A stretch of 64,000 bases of DNA from Callorhinchus milii (GCF_018977255.1 NW_024704743.1:46998001-47062000), one strand, 5' to 3'; counted from the first letter of the stretch, positions 23,425 through 36,550 are shown. Notes: a model not told the origin generated them from the letters alone. Made by a program: numbers and translations.

Positions 23425-25501
23425 CTCAAATTAGATGGCACATTTAATAAATTTTTCACAGTACATTGTTTTACTTTACAAAGTGGTATCATTTCACACA
23501 TTAAGAGATGTAAAATTAAACAGCAGAAAGCTTTCAAAGCAAAATATTTTATACGCAGGTACCAGTGACTATACTCAGTTCACTAAGACAATGAAAATAT
23601 ACATCTCATAAAAATAATTCAGAAGTTGTGTAAAAAGTGATCTTTGAAATACCCCCAGCGTTTGTGTTTCGTTGAATCATGTAACATTCAGATCTACAAA
23701 ACACCTCTGAAAACAAACAACCTTTGGACAGTTTAAATCAATGATTTCAAAGGCTGAATTAATACTCACTAAATACGGTCGAACTATTCTGCCACTTAAA
23801 CGAAAAACATAAATAAATGTTAAAATGGAAAAAGACATCAAGGAGTCATGTAAGGGTATAATCTTGGACAATTATGAATTGCAACCATAGAGGCATCGTG
23901 ACTGTTAATATTGCTAAGTTTCACAAACAAACATAGGCTGGAAGAACCATAGGAGAGTAAAGAACCATTCTTCCTTCCACAGCCTTTACTTTGGCTCTCG
24001 TCCTCTATTTGTTTTAATCAAAGGAACAACTGAAGACAGTTGTACATATTTATATAATCAAAGGCTTCTATAACCTCTGGGCATCAGTTATAAATACGGT
24101 AATGTGACAGTTAAACCAGCTCGCTTTACAGACAGAGTAAATGCACAAGATGAGTTTTGAGCAGAAGGGGAACAAGTCCTCAAAGGCAATTGAAGATTAA
24201 TATCACAACTCCAACATCCATTACAGCTGCACAACATGATTGGCATATGGTTTCACAATATTATTACACTGATAATTTGTTATATAATGTGTATATATAT
24301 TATATATAGCCGTGTTGCTACTGAATGCAATGCTATTACATTGAATTCAACGGAAAATGGTTCGTCAAGAATGTATAGGTACAAATTTGTTTCTTATACT
24401 GATTTATAGAGAAACTTAGTGCAATTCAAAATCCTCTGTCATGTAATTAAAATACAAAACAGGGAAATACTATCATTACAAGTAGAAAATACAGTCTGGT
24501 CCAAGCTAACTTTGGAGAGGATCTTTAACTAATTGTTATTGGACACATTATGCCAATTAACAGACCTGAAATTCCATCTAATCTTAGTCTGTAAAACTAT
24601 TTGCAAGACTAAATTTTCAATAAGTGCAGATAATAATCTTTGCATTTGGAATTTAGTGTAGTGCCTTTCATGTCAAGAGGCTGGAGCACTTTACAGGAGT
24701 TTTCTGTAAAGTCTAGTGGCTGTGCATTTGTAGGTGAATGCGGCAGCCCATTTGTGCACAGCAATGTTCCACAAACAGCAATGTGACCAATGGCAGAGTG
24801 ACCAATTTTATTTAGGGGACTGTTAGTTAAAACACTGGGAGAAACTTCCTTTTCTTTTCAAATAGTGCCTGTGGGATCTTTAACAGATTTACCCGAACAG
24901 GCAGACATGCCATTAGTTTAAAGTCTATCCAAAGGACAGCACCTCCAACAATTCAACACCACCGCAGTGCTGCTTAGACTATGTAAGTTCGAAGTCCTCA
25001 CATGGGGCTTGAATCCTCAAACTTCTAACTCAGAGGTGAGAGTGCTGCTAACTGAGCCAGGCTGACTCGAATTTAGACTCAAAATTAGGATTAGATTGAA
25101 GCATTTTCACCAATTCTGCACTGCCTTTAATTTGAAGACAAAATAATCTTACAGCTACAAAAGGTGGAATTTTCAGACTCACTCTTGGAGACTCTGTAAT
25201 GTGGGAGAGGAGCAGGTCACATATTTGTATCCAGCCCTTTCCACAATGTGACCTTGATCCATTATTGCTGAAAAGCATGAAGAGCGAGTGGATTTCTTTC
25301 CCAACTTCAAATCTCTTTCAGTTAAGAAACATATACAGTCTGAAAAGCAGGCTGTAGGGGGCATTTTGGCATTCATCTGCAAGGTCAGAGTTACGTCTAC
25401 GCAGCAAGCTTGGTAAGGAGATGCTTGCACATCAGTCTTTCTGCAACTCAGTCGCATGCAGCAACTACAGTGGTGGTTTTTCTTCATTTTGCCTTTTATT
25501 T
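23425..25501 (-). other. CHN2: Putative CHN2 3'UTR
   Basis: AU-rich sequence after the stop codon, with a candidate ATTAAA signal (plus-strand tttaat 23443-23448). The 3' end is inferred, not demonstrated. Confidence 0.4.
24630..25068 (-). mobile_element. Full-length Deu-domain SINE in the putative CHN2 3'UTR (sense orientation)
   Basis: Reverse complement has the head tggctcagttagcagcactctcacctctgag, the Deu core and the (tta)n tail. Confidence 0.8.
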
Positions 25502-25673
25502 TCAGAACAAGATGTCTTCATTTGCAATCAAGAGCTGCACAATCAGTCTCTGGTACCGCATGTCATTCAAGGTGGCCAGTGTGTCTTGGTCAGCGGGTCG
25601 CATTAATGTTGGTCCAAACACTATCCCAAGGTTTTCAGGAGTCATCAAAGTATGTTTTTGATTTAAAGTGATC
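25502..25673 (-). CDS. CHN2: CHN2 last coding exon (172 nt to stop)
   Basis: Boundaries cctcag|GATCAC...TTCTGA. Encodes (K)[56 protein letters not shown], the chimaerin C-terminus. Confidence 0.96.
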
Positions 25674-28299
25674 CTGAGGAAAATTAAATCAGCAGAGTTA
25701 GATACTGTAATAATAATCTTTGTATTTGATATAGCGCCTTATCACATCATCAAAATGTCTCAAAGCCCCTCACAGGATTTACTGTAGGGTTCAGTGACTG
25801 TGCTTTGTAGATGAGAGGTTCAGTGCTGTATACTTTGTCAGTGCTGCATCTTCCAACACATTGATTCAAATAATGTTCGCACTAACAGACATGCACTTGA
25901 ATCAAGGGACTCTCCACACACAACAAATTTAATCTGATTTTATATCACCCTATAAAACTCACCAATAGCATCTTACAGTTCATAAAGAATGGAGAAGAAA
26001 CAATAACATGATTTATTTGGTGCCTTTTCACATTAAAAAAAAAGCACGTTTACGAAATAACGTTAGTTGGAGATGAGGTATTTGTTAATCAGCAAGTACA
26101 GCAGCTAATCTGAACCAGCAATGTCCCAAATAACAGTGAGACAAGTAGCCAATTAATTTGAATTGCGGAGGAAATTTGGATGAGGAGGTGATATGAGAAA
26201 AATTCTTTGATATAGCAATGTTTGAACAGAGTTGCTTCAAAGTAGAGGGATGACATTTCTGTTGCCAGTCATAGTTCTCTTTAGTTTTGGTCAGGGGCTA
26301 TAAGTCACTGAAAGCCTCATTCCATTGGAAACAAAAGGACAACAGGACCAAAATAAATGTTGGTCCAATTTTCTGGCAGCATCTTAAAGGATGTACAGTA
26401 TTGAGCAAGTTCTAATATGCTATGCAAGGCCAAGAGGATGTAAAGGCCCTTCAGGCCAATTGTTCTTCCTTCCATCAGATTTTCATCCCATTACGATAAC
26501 AATAGTTTACATTAATAAAACATCTTTCACCTCGGAGGACGTCTCAACAGTGCTTCAGTTTCTTAAATGAATCCAGCATTACTAAAATGAGTTCAGTGCC
26601 TTTGTCTCAGAAAAAGAATCTCAGAAGAAGTCTTGATCACTCTTCTTGCTAACTCTCTCATTGTAGCTGTTGATTTTACCCTCTGTAAATTTGGTTCAGA
26701 TTTATATGAAGTCATGAGAATACCTAGTGCACGTGTTACTACAGGTGAGTGAATGGCTGCTTTGTGATGCTGACTCACTGAACACAGAAAAGTGGGACAA
26801 GAATGGTTGGTTTCAGACAGATGCAGATTGCACTGGATGATTTAACTGCATTAACAGATTTTAATTCACACCTAAACAATTAATTTTGAGGTGGATAGCA
26901 CAAGCTCTGCTCGTCAAACAGCTGGTTGTAGATTCAAGTCCCAAGGTTGCTGTCACTCGCGATAGCCTAAGTAAAGTCAGGAACATGTTTTGTCAGCTCC
27001 CAATTTTCACCCCGTGGGGATACAATTCTGTTGTCAGCTTGCTGCCTTGTACATATCTCCTGCAGTGGCACTAGTCACAGAGACATCGAGCACAGACAGT
27101 TCTGTCCTTGCGATTCTACAGAGTGTGGAAACTCAAGATAAACATGAATTCACATATACTTCAAATAAATGGCTTAACTATTTTAGTTGGTGCCACTGAA
27201 AATGACTGAATTCTACAAGGAAACATGCAATTTCATGACAATTGTAAAAAAAACTTCACTCCCATGAACATGCACTTAAGTACTGAATTAGAACACTTCA
27301 TTGCTTGAGCACCCTACTGCTACTACGACAAGACAGGCTGATGGGATACAATAAATTGTAATATGGCTACTGCTTCATTTTTGCTGACAGTACTAGAATA
27401 TAGAGAGAGCAGCAGAGATAGAAGGTGCAGCAAAGATTTGTAGAAGGTATTGAGATTGTCCATACAGTCAAGCAGCCAATGCAAACCGCTTCTGCAATGT
27501 AATGTATTGCATATAGGTAAAACTGTGAGGTTTAAATGCATAAAAAGTCAAATGAATTAGAGCAGGGAGACATAGGAAGTATTAAGTATGTTGGGACCTA
27601 CTTCCGACATGAATGGCGTTATATAAATATAAATTTGTATTGTTTTCACTTTCAATTTCTAAACAATAGAATTCAAAAGTGCCTTGTGATGTAATCCGCA
27701 GATGTTTGGACGGGAACCAATAAATGTCACACCGACCCCTGATACTTCAACTCCAGGACAATCTTGGGTTAGGGCCAATGTCTCTTTGTCGATTAATATG
27801 GTGTCCTTAGATATCCAAAAGACAATCGATAAAGTACCATACAAGACATTCCTTTGAAATGGAACAGATCACTAATCAACTCACACTCAGTAAGTATTTT
27901 TTCATACATCGCTTTTTAAACATTCCTGGACAAAACAATGAAAGATATAGATTTTTTAAGCTAACACCCAGTAATGGAGCTCTGCACCTAAGTACATTGA
28001 ATGTTTAATTGCAGATGTGGAAAAATTTCTTCGGATCACATCCAATGTGATTAGCATCAGGATATATTGAATCAGGCTTCCTACTCCAAAAGGCTTCACT
28101 GATGCAAGCAATGCTACTTCACATCCAGCACGATAAACAATGTACTCATGTAAAGAGCACTTGTGGATCAAATGGCTTTTGTCCCCCTTCCTCAATGTTA
28201 TTACATTTCTGAATGCAATACCAGTTTGGCAATATCTTATACATCATATACAGTACTTCATATAAATCGTACACTGAAATAAACAATAAGGTGTTAGGC

Positions 28300-28730
28300 T
28301 GGCACAGGTGGTAGCACTCTTGCCTTTAGGGTCAGAGTTAGAAGGTTGTGAGTTCAAGCTCCATGTTGGGAACTTTGAACTTATAGTTTAGGCTGAACAC
28401 TCCATTGTCATGTTGCAGCAGTGCTCCCTTTGGTGCTGGTGGTGTCTTTTAGATGAGTCTCTAAACCAAAGTATCGTCTGCCTGTTCAGGTGGGTGTTAA
28501 AGATCACATGGTACTGTTCAAAAAGGGATGGGAGTTTCCCCCAGTTTCCTGGCCAGCAATTATCTGGATAAATTTATCATCCATCTCCTGGCTGTTTGTG
28601 GGACACTGGCTCTGCGCAAATTGTACGCAGTTTTTGCCTACAAATACACAGTTGTTAAACTTAATGATAATTACCTATAAAAATGCTTAGAGGTGTTCTA
28701 AAGTTACAAATGCTATATTAAATGAAAGTA
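28300..28730 (+). mobile_element. Deu-domain SINE
   Basis: ggtagcactcttgcct...gaaggttgtgagttcaagc head and ctgcctgttcaggtgg...ctgtttgtgggacac core. Confidence 0.8.
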
Positions 28731-29246
28731 TTCTTACTAAATTATATTTACTTATGGCCCTGATTTCTTTATGGTGGCAAATTTCCATTTTACAAATATC
28801 TCATTTAGGAAAATAATAGTTCAAACCAACGGGTACTTTCATAGTCAACATTGTACTTCACCAATTACCATTTTATAGGGAATATGTAAGCCTCTGGGGG
28901 AATTACACCTTGGTCTAGATAAACTCTATTCATATAACATTTCCAACTTGCAGAACTAGGCAAATTATTGAATTCATGAGATACAGTAAATTACAATATG
29001 GGAGTAACTTTCTTGTTTTTCTCTGTTGTTTTTGAAAGAACTTTCAGAAAACCAGCTTCAAAACTAAGGCTGTTTTTAAGAATTTGCTTAAGTCTGTACA
29101 CTCTGAATTGCTATGTTAATAAAGTAAATGTAGGTGCAGTTTCTTTCCCACAATTTCCAAAATTAATTGAGAATTGTATGAAACACAGTAATGAAGGCAA
29201 ATTGTAAGATACAAAACCACAGGGACAATTCATCTTTGTGGATTAG

Positions 29247-29407
29247 AGTGGTCCAACAGGTGGCTCCTGCGCTGCCATAGGAGGACATTCACCAGGGAGC
29301 AGAACTTGGAACGTTGGAAATGGTCTCGGGTCGGATGTGGCCCATGGACCTTTCTCAAATGGGGAATCTGGCCTGTGGCAGCCAAAAGATTGGACCCCCC
29401 CCCACTG
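29247..29407. mobile_element. Possible degraded hAT-Charlie-type MITE
   Basis: Ends agtggtccaac... and ...tggcctgtggcagccaaaagattggaccccc...actg resemble Charlie-type termini; no clean TSD. Confidence 0.4.
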
Positions 29408-29781
29408 CTGTAAATAATCATTTAAGCACTCCGAGACACTGCCCCATGTGAAGGGCACTATATAAGTGCAAATTGTCAATGTCCCACAAAAGCCAGATGA
29501 CCAATTGATGACCAATTTATCTGGATGATTGTTGGCCAGGAAACTCCCCTCTCTTTTTGAATAGTACCATGAAATCCTTAGCATTGTTAACTATCACTAG
29601 TTAAGTGTTTAACCCAAAGTAATGCAATCATAATTAAAATGTTTGAATTTTAGCTGATAATTCAGCGTTTACAACAACTTGCATTTATATAGTGACCTTC
29701 ACACAGGGTAACATCTCGGGAGTGTTTTGTACATTTAGTCACACGTATGAATCATTACATATATTTGAGAGATATTCTTAC

Positions 29782-29887
29782 TTTTTCAGATGAGCCATTA
29801 AGTACCGCAGTGTCTCATAATGTGCAGGAGGCAACAGCAATAACGTTTCATGGATGGCTTCTAGCCTGTCATCTGCATTAGCAATTT
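29782..29887 (-). CDS. CHN2: CHN2 coding exon (106 nt), GAP domain
   Basis: Boundaries atgaag|AAATTG...CTGAAAAA|gtaaga. Encodes (K)[34 protein letters not shown], phase 1 to 2. Confidence 0.95.
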
Positions 29888-31234
29888 CTTCATGAAAAAC
29901 AAATGAATATGTGTTACTCATAAAAGAAACATATATCAGTTCACAGAAGTTATTTTTTTTCTCTGGCCCAGGAGCAAAGTAATAAATGCTGTCTCACAGT
30001 TCAATTCTGATTTGCACCATTTGATTTGCACTCCATTCACAAATCTAGACACCAACTATCGCAACTGACTTCCTTGCCCACAGTGAGCGACAGCAGGAAC
30101 TGTAAGAACATGAATACTCAGAGACCCTAACAGGAACATGGACCAGGAGGGAACTATTCCACCCCTTGAGCCTGCTCTGCCAGTATATTAGATCATCGTA
30201 GCTCTTTTGTTTCCTTATCTTTCTCCATCCTCCTTGATACCCATATTTTCCAAGTGTCCATCACCCTTTAAAACATCCCAATTAATTCAGCCTCCCGGGA
30301 CATTGCATTCTAGAATCGATGATGAGACGTGTAGCTAGTTTCACTGTGCATACGCTTCTTGTGGATTATAAAATAGGAAATGATGTTAGCAATGTTACGA
30401 TGACCTGGAATTATGTTTTTAGCACAGGAAGCAGTGAAATGTCCACAATTTGATCATGTTATAACCAAGTTAATGCAATAAAGAAGCAACTTATAATAGG
30501 ACTGCACTGCATTTCCACTTGGTTCAAAAATACACTATTAAATAGTCTCAAATTGGATTCTTATTGCTATTTGCATTTTGATATGCACTAATCAGAGTTC
30601 TGATTAAGAGCACTAAATTTAGAAATAAAAGGAAACATATATTTCACCCATAATTTGGGGTCTATAATTCTGGACAACAAACTTCCAGATTACTTGGTAA
30701 TATATCTCATGGCTAAAGTCGTTCACTACAAATGATTTTAATCAACTGTGTCGCTCTCTGATATATTTTGATGTGATAAAGTACTTTAAAAAGGCAAGTG
30801 CTTTCTGTCAGGAACAGAAGAAGGATTGCTCATTGCTAATAACATGGGTGCAATTGTTTCAAAGTAGTAAGTTGCTACAACCTCTTATTTTATCTTAATA
30901 TCCATTTCATTAAATAATAAACCAAGCTTTGGTGGCTTTGGTTTGTCTGAGCTAGATACACCTACCCAGAAATCACAATGGCATAGCATCAAAATAAATA
31001 TTCTGCAACAGCTATAAGCCAGCCGTCTTATCCGTGGTTCAGATGACATCAACAGTTACATATGGTTTCATTGTACATTGAGATTTTGCCATGTTTATCA
31101 AGTGACAATTCACACTACTGGGAAAAAACACACCAGCGTTAAAAATTGGGCAGTGTGCGGTACTTAAAAGGATCATAACGAAGGATCACAAGAGGGATAG
31201 AGACAAATATTGTAAAAATAATGATTGATTTTAT

Positions 31235-32350
31235 AACAACAACAACTTGCACTTATACAGAGCCTTCCACACAAGGCAGCATCGCAGAGGGCTTAACAGA
31301 GCCTGACTCCAAGCCAGGGAGTGAATAGATTTGAACACGAGTATGAGGATCTTGAAGTCGATCTGTTCGGTGATGGGGAGCCTAGCCATAACTGGTGAGA
31401 TGTGGGTATGAAGTTTGGTCTGGGTCAGTATGCGGGCGGCAGAGTTTTGAATGAGCTGGATTCTTTTGTATAGTGGAGCTAGGGAGACCGGCGAGAAGTG
31501 CGTTGGAGTAATCCAGGCGGGAGGTGATAAACACATGGGACAAGGCTTTCGGTTGCATTTGGGGTAAGGTATGGTCAGAGGCGGGCAATGTGGTGGAGGT
31601 GGAAGAAGGCAGTCCTGGACAGGGACTGGATGTGGGGGAGGAAGGACAGTTGGGGGTCGAACCAGACGCCTAGGTTGCACACTGGTTCAGTGAGTCTGAG
31701 GGAATGAGAGCCCAGGGAGGCTGAGGAGTTTAGATCCACAAGAGTGAAGACGTTGATGGGAACCAAGGAGTATGGCATCCATCTTGTCCATATTCAGCTG
31801 CACAAAGTTTACACTCATCCAGGCCCTGATGTCTGCCAGACAAGCTGAGAGAACATCAACGGACCTGGAGTTGGTACTGTAGGTTAGTAGGACTTGAATC
31901 ATGCGAGTGTGGTCCTACTAAGGTAGATGAGGGAGGAGAGGCGATGGAGGAGTATGGCGTGGTCAGCTGTGGTGAACACAGCAGAGAGATCCAGAAGGAT
32001 GAGGAGGCAGAGGGAGCCCTGTTCACAAATAGAGAGAATGGCGTTTGTGACTTTGACAAGCGTTGTCTCTGTGCTGTGGGAAGGGCAAAAACCAGACTGC
32101 AGGGGCTTGAGGAGGGAGTGGAGGGAGAGGTGTGACCAAAGTTGACCTGCAACATTTCATTCCAGGACTTTGGCAAGGAAGGGTAGGTTGGAGATGGGAC
32201 GGTAGTGTGAGAGATTAGAGATCAAGGGTGTTTTTTTNGAGGAGGGGTGTGATAACAGCGGTTTTCAGGGGGAGTGGAACAGAACCTGAGGAGAGAAACT
32301 GGTTGACCGGAGTTAAGTGACCAGTAACTGAGTGGGGAGGAGGTCAAGGT
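31235..32350 (-). mobile_element. L2 LINE ORF2 fragment
   Basis: Minus-strand peptides ITSRLDYSNALLAGLP, IQNSAARIL, CLADIRAWMS and VCNLGVWFDPQLSF, with a (ttg)n tail at about 31235. Confidence 0.9.
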
Positions 32351-32524
32351 AGCAGTCATAACATTGACTGAATATCTCCTCTCACTTTACTGAGAATGTA
32401 ACATGCCACCAGCATTTACATTCAGGAATGCACCTCGCATTGTTTATCCACCATTACCCAGTACACATTTTGTTTAAACCTCTTCTTCACTTGGAATCTA
32501 GTTTTGATCTAGAGCAATACTTAC

Positions 32525-32662
32525 TGGCTGCCTCGATGAATTTTGGATATGAATCAAAGGTGATGAGTGGAATCGGTAAATCCCTAAAATACAACTTAAG
32601 AGCCCCGGTGATGACATTGATGTCTGGATATGCGTTGGCAGAGATGTCAGCCTTATCACCAT
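32525..32662 (-). CDS. CHN2: CHN2 coding exon (138 nt), GAP domain
   Basis: Boundaries ttctag|ATGGTG...GCAGCCA|gtaagt. Encodes (D)[45 protein letters not shown]. Confidence 0.96.
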
Positions 32663-33274
32663 CTAGAAAGGCAATAAAAGTAGAGCTGAAAACAGAAAGC
32701 ATTACCTAAACTAGATCACAATGCAGATTATATCAAGTAGCCAGCTTTTGCCATTCATGACCAAAAATATCATACAAAAGTCTGTAGCTGTAATAGAATA
32801 TGAGAACATACCTTAAGTAACCTATTTAATAACTGAATTCACAGTTGTGTAGTGAATTTGTGAGAATCAGAATTAATTTTACATTACAACCTCAATAGAA
32901 CGCAATAGTTGATGTTATAAATTCCTAAGTAGAGCCTAATAACGGGATGTGATCACTGATCAGCGCTTCCTCATCAAACATCACTGATCATATGACTGAT
33001 ACACAAGTATATAGAAAGCTGACATCTTGTGCTAAAAAGTGGCTGATCTTTGAAGTCATTAGGTCACTACCGAGACACTATCCTCCGTGAAGGGCACTAA
33101 ATAAATGCAGGATGTTGTTGTTGAAGTTACTTCCTGTGTGCTGTGCAGGCATGCAGAAAATGCCCTGCATCACAATGCATAACCTAACCTTCTCAGATGG
33201 TGAACTGTTGTGATGAGTAACCAAACCCACCAGCATGAGTAAAATTAGGTTATGCAATGTGTTTTTATATATTT

Positions 33275-33605
33275 CTCATCTCGGGATCTGGGTGGCGTGG
33301 CATGACCAGTTGGCATTTATTGCCCATCCTGGTCGTCCTAAGAAGGTGGTGGTGGTCCTTCTCTTTAAACCACTGCAATAACATTATTCTTAAAACTGGG
33401 TGGCTAGAGGCTAGTTCAGGCCATATCCAGTGACCAGAGTCATGTGTAGCCAGATCTTAGAATAGCAAAATTCCTTCTATGAAGGATATTAGTGAAGCAT
33501 TATAGTTTTTAATAAGAACCATAAATTCCATATCTGCACTAGCATGATTCAAACCCTTTGAAGCTTGATTTGCTTGTCCAGTCCTATTACTACTGTACTC
33601 TGGTC
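33275..33605 (-). mobile_element. Degraded SINE-like retroposon, family unassigned
   Basis: Reverse-strand tail ggatgggcaataaatgcc...cgccacccagatccc resembles a retroposon tail recalled from shark repeats. Confidence 0.4.
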
Positions 33606-34297
33606 CCTGCTTGTGCACTTCAGATGATGTTGCAGATTTATTTTGTGAACTAGTTGTGAAACACTTTTCAAAATATAAACAACCCAAACTCTTAACGGAA
33701 CATGGGTTACTGGAAGTGTGATTTGTTTTTATTTGGTTTCCTGCTTTCCTTTGGACTACTTACCAAAAATAACAAAAAAATTAATTATCAACACATTTCA
33801 TTTCAAGTCAAAGTCCATCTCGGGAGCAAAATCCAGCCTGAGGTAACCATGTGTGGGTAGGCTGCCGATAAAACATGAGGCCCATCTCAGTCAAGTGTCA
33901 ATTTTCCAGTTAAACCAAAGATTAACCTTCAGGTCTAAAAAATAGCAATGATGTTGAGATCAATAGGAAAAACAATGGTTTTCCCAAAATATAGATTCAG
34001 AGTTAAATTGTCGTTCATTTATAAACCAAGCTAAAATTAAGCATGTGCTTTCTGTTTCTTTCATTGCTTTCTATTGGTCAACAGGTAGTTGGTCTGACAT
34101 GCTGCATATTCTCTCCCACAGGAGACCTTGATGAGTTTCGAGCAGGTCTGCGTTTCATAGAAAATCTCAAGCATTACTAGAATTGATGTGTCAAACACAC
34201 CCAATGTCTACCTTAACAAATGGTATTCTGCTCTCATTGCGTACAATGATCTGGTGCAGAACATGCTGTAAGCAGTGTAATACAAATACTGCACAAT

Positions 34298-34346
34298 ACT
34301 GACATATGTACATAAAACAAATACTGTTTTATGTACATATGTCAGT
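34298..34346. repeat. Perfect 22-bp inverted repeat with a 5-nt spacer
   Basis: actgacatatgtacataaaaca-aatac-tgttttatgtacatatgtcagt. Confidence 0.95.
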
Positions 34347-34469
34347 GCAAGATGACAAATTGACACCTTCCACAGTACAAATCGCTTTATTCTCAGAGTG
34401 ATTTTGGAAATTTAAACATACTGTACATCACCTGTCTTTGTTTACAAAATTGAACTCTGTCTCAAAGGG

Positions 34470-34855
34470 AGTTCTATAAAATGACAAAAGAACCAGAAGG
34501 GAGACAATGAGATTTTTTTTATCCAGAGAGTTGTTATATTCTGGAATGCACTACCTGAGAGGTTGGTGGAAGCAGATTTGATAGTAACTTTCAAAAGGTA
34601 ATTGGATATGTACTTGAAAAGGAAACAATTTCAGGACTATGTGGTAAGAATGGGGGAGTGGGACTAGGTGGATAGCTCTTTCAAAGAGTTGGCACAGGCT
34701 GTACTGTAAAATTCTATGATTCTAATATATCCGAAAAGGAAAAATATTTAAAAATGTGGGGAAAAAGCCAGTGGAATGGGACCAAATAGAGAACCAACAT
34801 GGACACAATGGGCTAAAGAATTTTCTTCTATGCTGAAAATTTCTGTGAGTCTATG
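34470..34855 (+). mobile_element. Two tandem CR1 3' ends
   Basis: ccagagagttgtt...tggaatgcactacctga...ttctatgattcta, followed by a second tail ending ttctgtgagtctatg. Confidence 0.7.
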
Positions 34856-36229
34856 GTATTTGTTTGTAGTTCCACTTGCCCTGTAGTTAGTTAAAATTTA
34901 TTTGGGTCCCATTGTCCCAAAGAAGCATAAAATAATGGATTTTTATCCATTATTTTATGCTTAAGGAAGTAAAAAAAATTCTTGATAAATGGGGAAGGTC
35001 TTATCTTTTGGAATAAAGAAAGTCTAAAGACTTAAATACTTTAAATGAAGGCCGAAGATTTTCTTCTCCCACCAAAAAAACATGTAATAATCCTTGCATT
35101 TGATATAGCACTTTTCACGTCGGGAGGACGTCCCAAAGCGCTTCACGGAACACACTGTAAAGTGATTTGACTGTATATTTGTGGGCGAACGCGGCAGCCA
35201 ATTGCGCACAGCAATGTCCCACAAATGTAAGAATTGAAATAAACAGCTTTCCTGGATGACAGGACTGGTTCAAAACCACCTAGGATTTTACAGTAAGGGA
35301 GGTCAACCCAACCCTTTGCCAATGTTCTCTGCATTATGTACAAGATAAGGAGATCACTAGTAAGAACAATTGTTCTTTATGCCAGCAAAGAACCTTGTGA
35401 AATGTACAAACATAAGGCCACTTTGTGAAAGGTACGGCAATACAATAGATCCTCTTCAACGTCCAGCAAAATTATTTATTCTTCCCATGGAATACACCAA
35501 AATAGCTTGCTGTAAGGTACACACCGTGATACAACTGTACAAGGCACTTTGATCAGGTAAAAGTCTATGTGAATAAAGGTTTTAGAAATGCTTTTCAGAG
35601 TTTTCTCATGAAATGTTACTCTCTCACACCTGTATATATTAAAGGCCTAAGGTTAAGAAAGTTATAATTTGAAATTATTGTTGATCCTATGAAGAAACTT
35701 TCTCCTGATAAGCTCACTGGATAAATACTCTGTCTTTCATTGTACTGAGTCGTAAAGAGCAGGCAGGTCTATGTCGTCAGCTGATCTCAGCCAGGGAAAC
35801 AGTAAAAACACTCCATTTGGCTTCAGTGTCTCCAGGCTGGAGGAAGAGAGATCAATTATTTCTAAATTGCTATCTAGTGATCAAGAAATTTGAGGTAAAA
35901 TGCAATATTCTGATCAAATTAACCTGAACCTTCTCATATTCCTCATCTTAAACATAATGACAACTGCAACAATGACTTGCTGTCATATAGCACTCTTCTC
36001 TGGGAGTTTCACAACAACGATGTCAGGCACTGAGCAAGTAAGAAGGAGGGGAGAAAGGGGAAGCTAACCATACATACAGTGTTTAGGTGTGACTTAAAGA
36101 CAGATAGAAAGTGAGTGAGTGGTGAGAATGAGGAGTTCCTAAAACCCCATCAACTTTAAGTTTTGGGTAAAATAGTTAAGCACTGATGAAACAAATCACT
36201 TCATGCCATATCTCTGTATCTGTCCAACC

Positions 36230-36550
36230 TGCTTACACCCAATTCCTCTACCTACCTCCATTACTCAGCTGGCTCCGGCCTCCTGCACATTCATCATCCC
36301 CTCCGCTCTGCCATTGGCAGCGGTGCTTTCAACCACTATGCCCTGAGACTCTGGAACCTCTGCCTCAATCCCTCCGCCTTGCCCCCTCCTTGTCCATCAT
36401 CAGATCACACTTGAAGACCTTCCTCTTCAACCGTGTCTATTGTCACCTCCCCCCTTTCCCTGGCTCAGGGTCAAACTCTTGTCACTGTTAAGCAATCTGA
36501 GAGGCTACCCTACATAAAGGGAGTTATATAAATGCAAGTTGTTGTGGTTG
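36230..36550 (+). mobile_element. L2 3' end
   Basis: Peptide LPQSLRLAPSL...HLKTFLFN and the gcaagttgttg tail. Confidence 0.75.

Noticed and set aside
32238..32238. Single N base
   Set aside because: An assembly ambiguity in a poly-T run within an L2, with no biological meaning.
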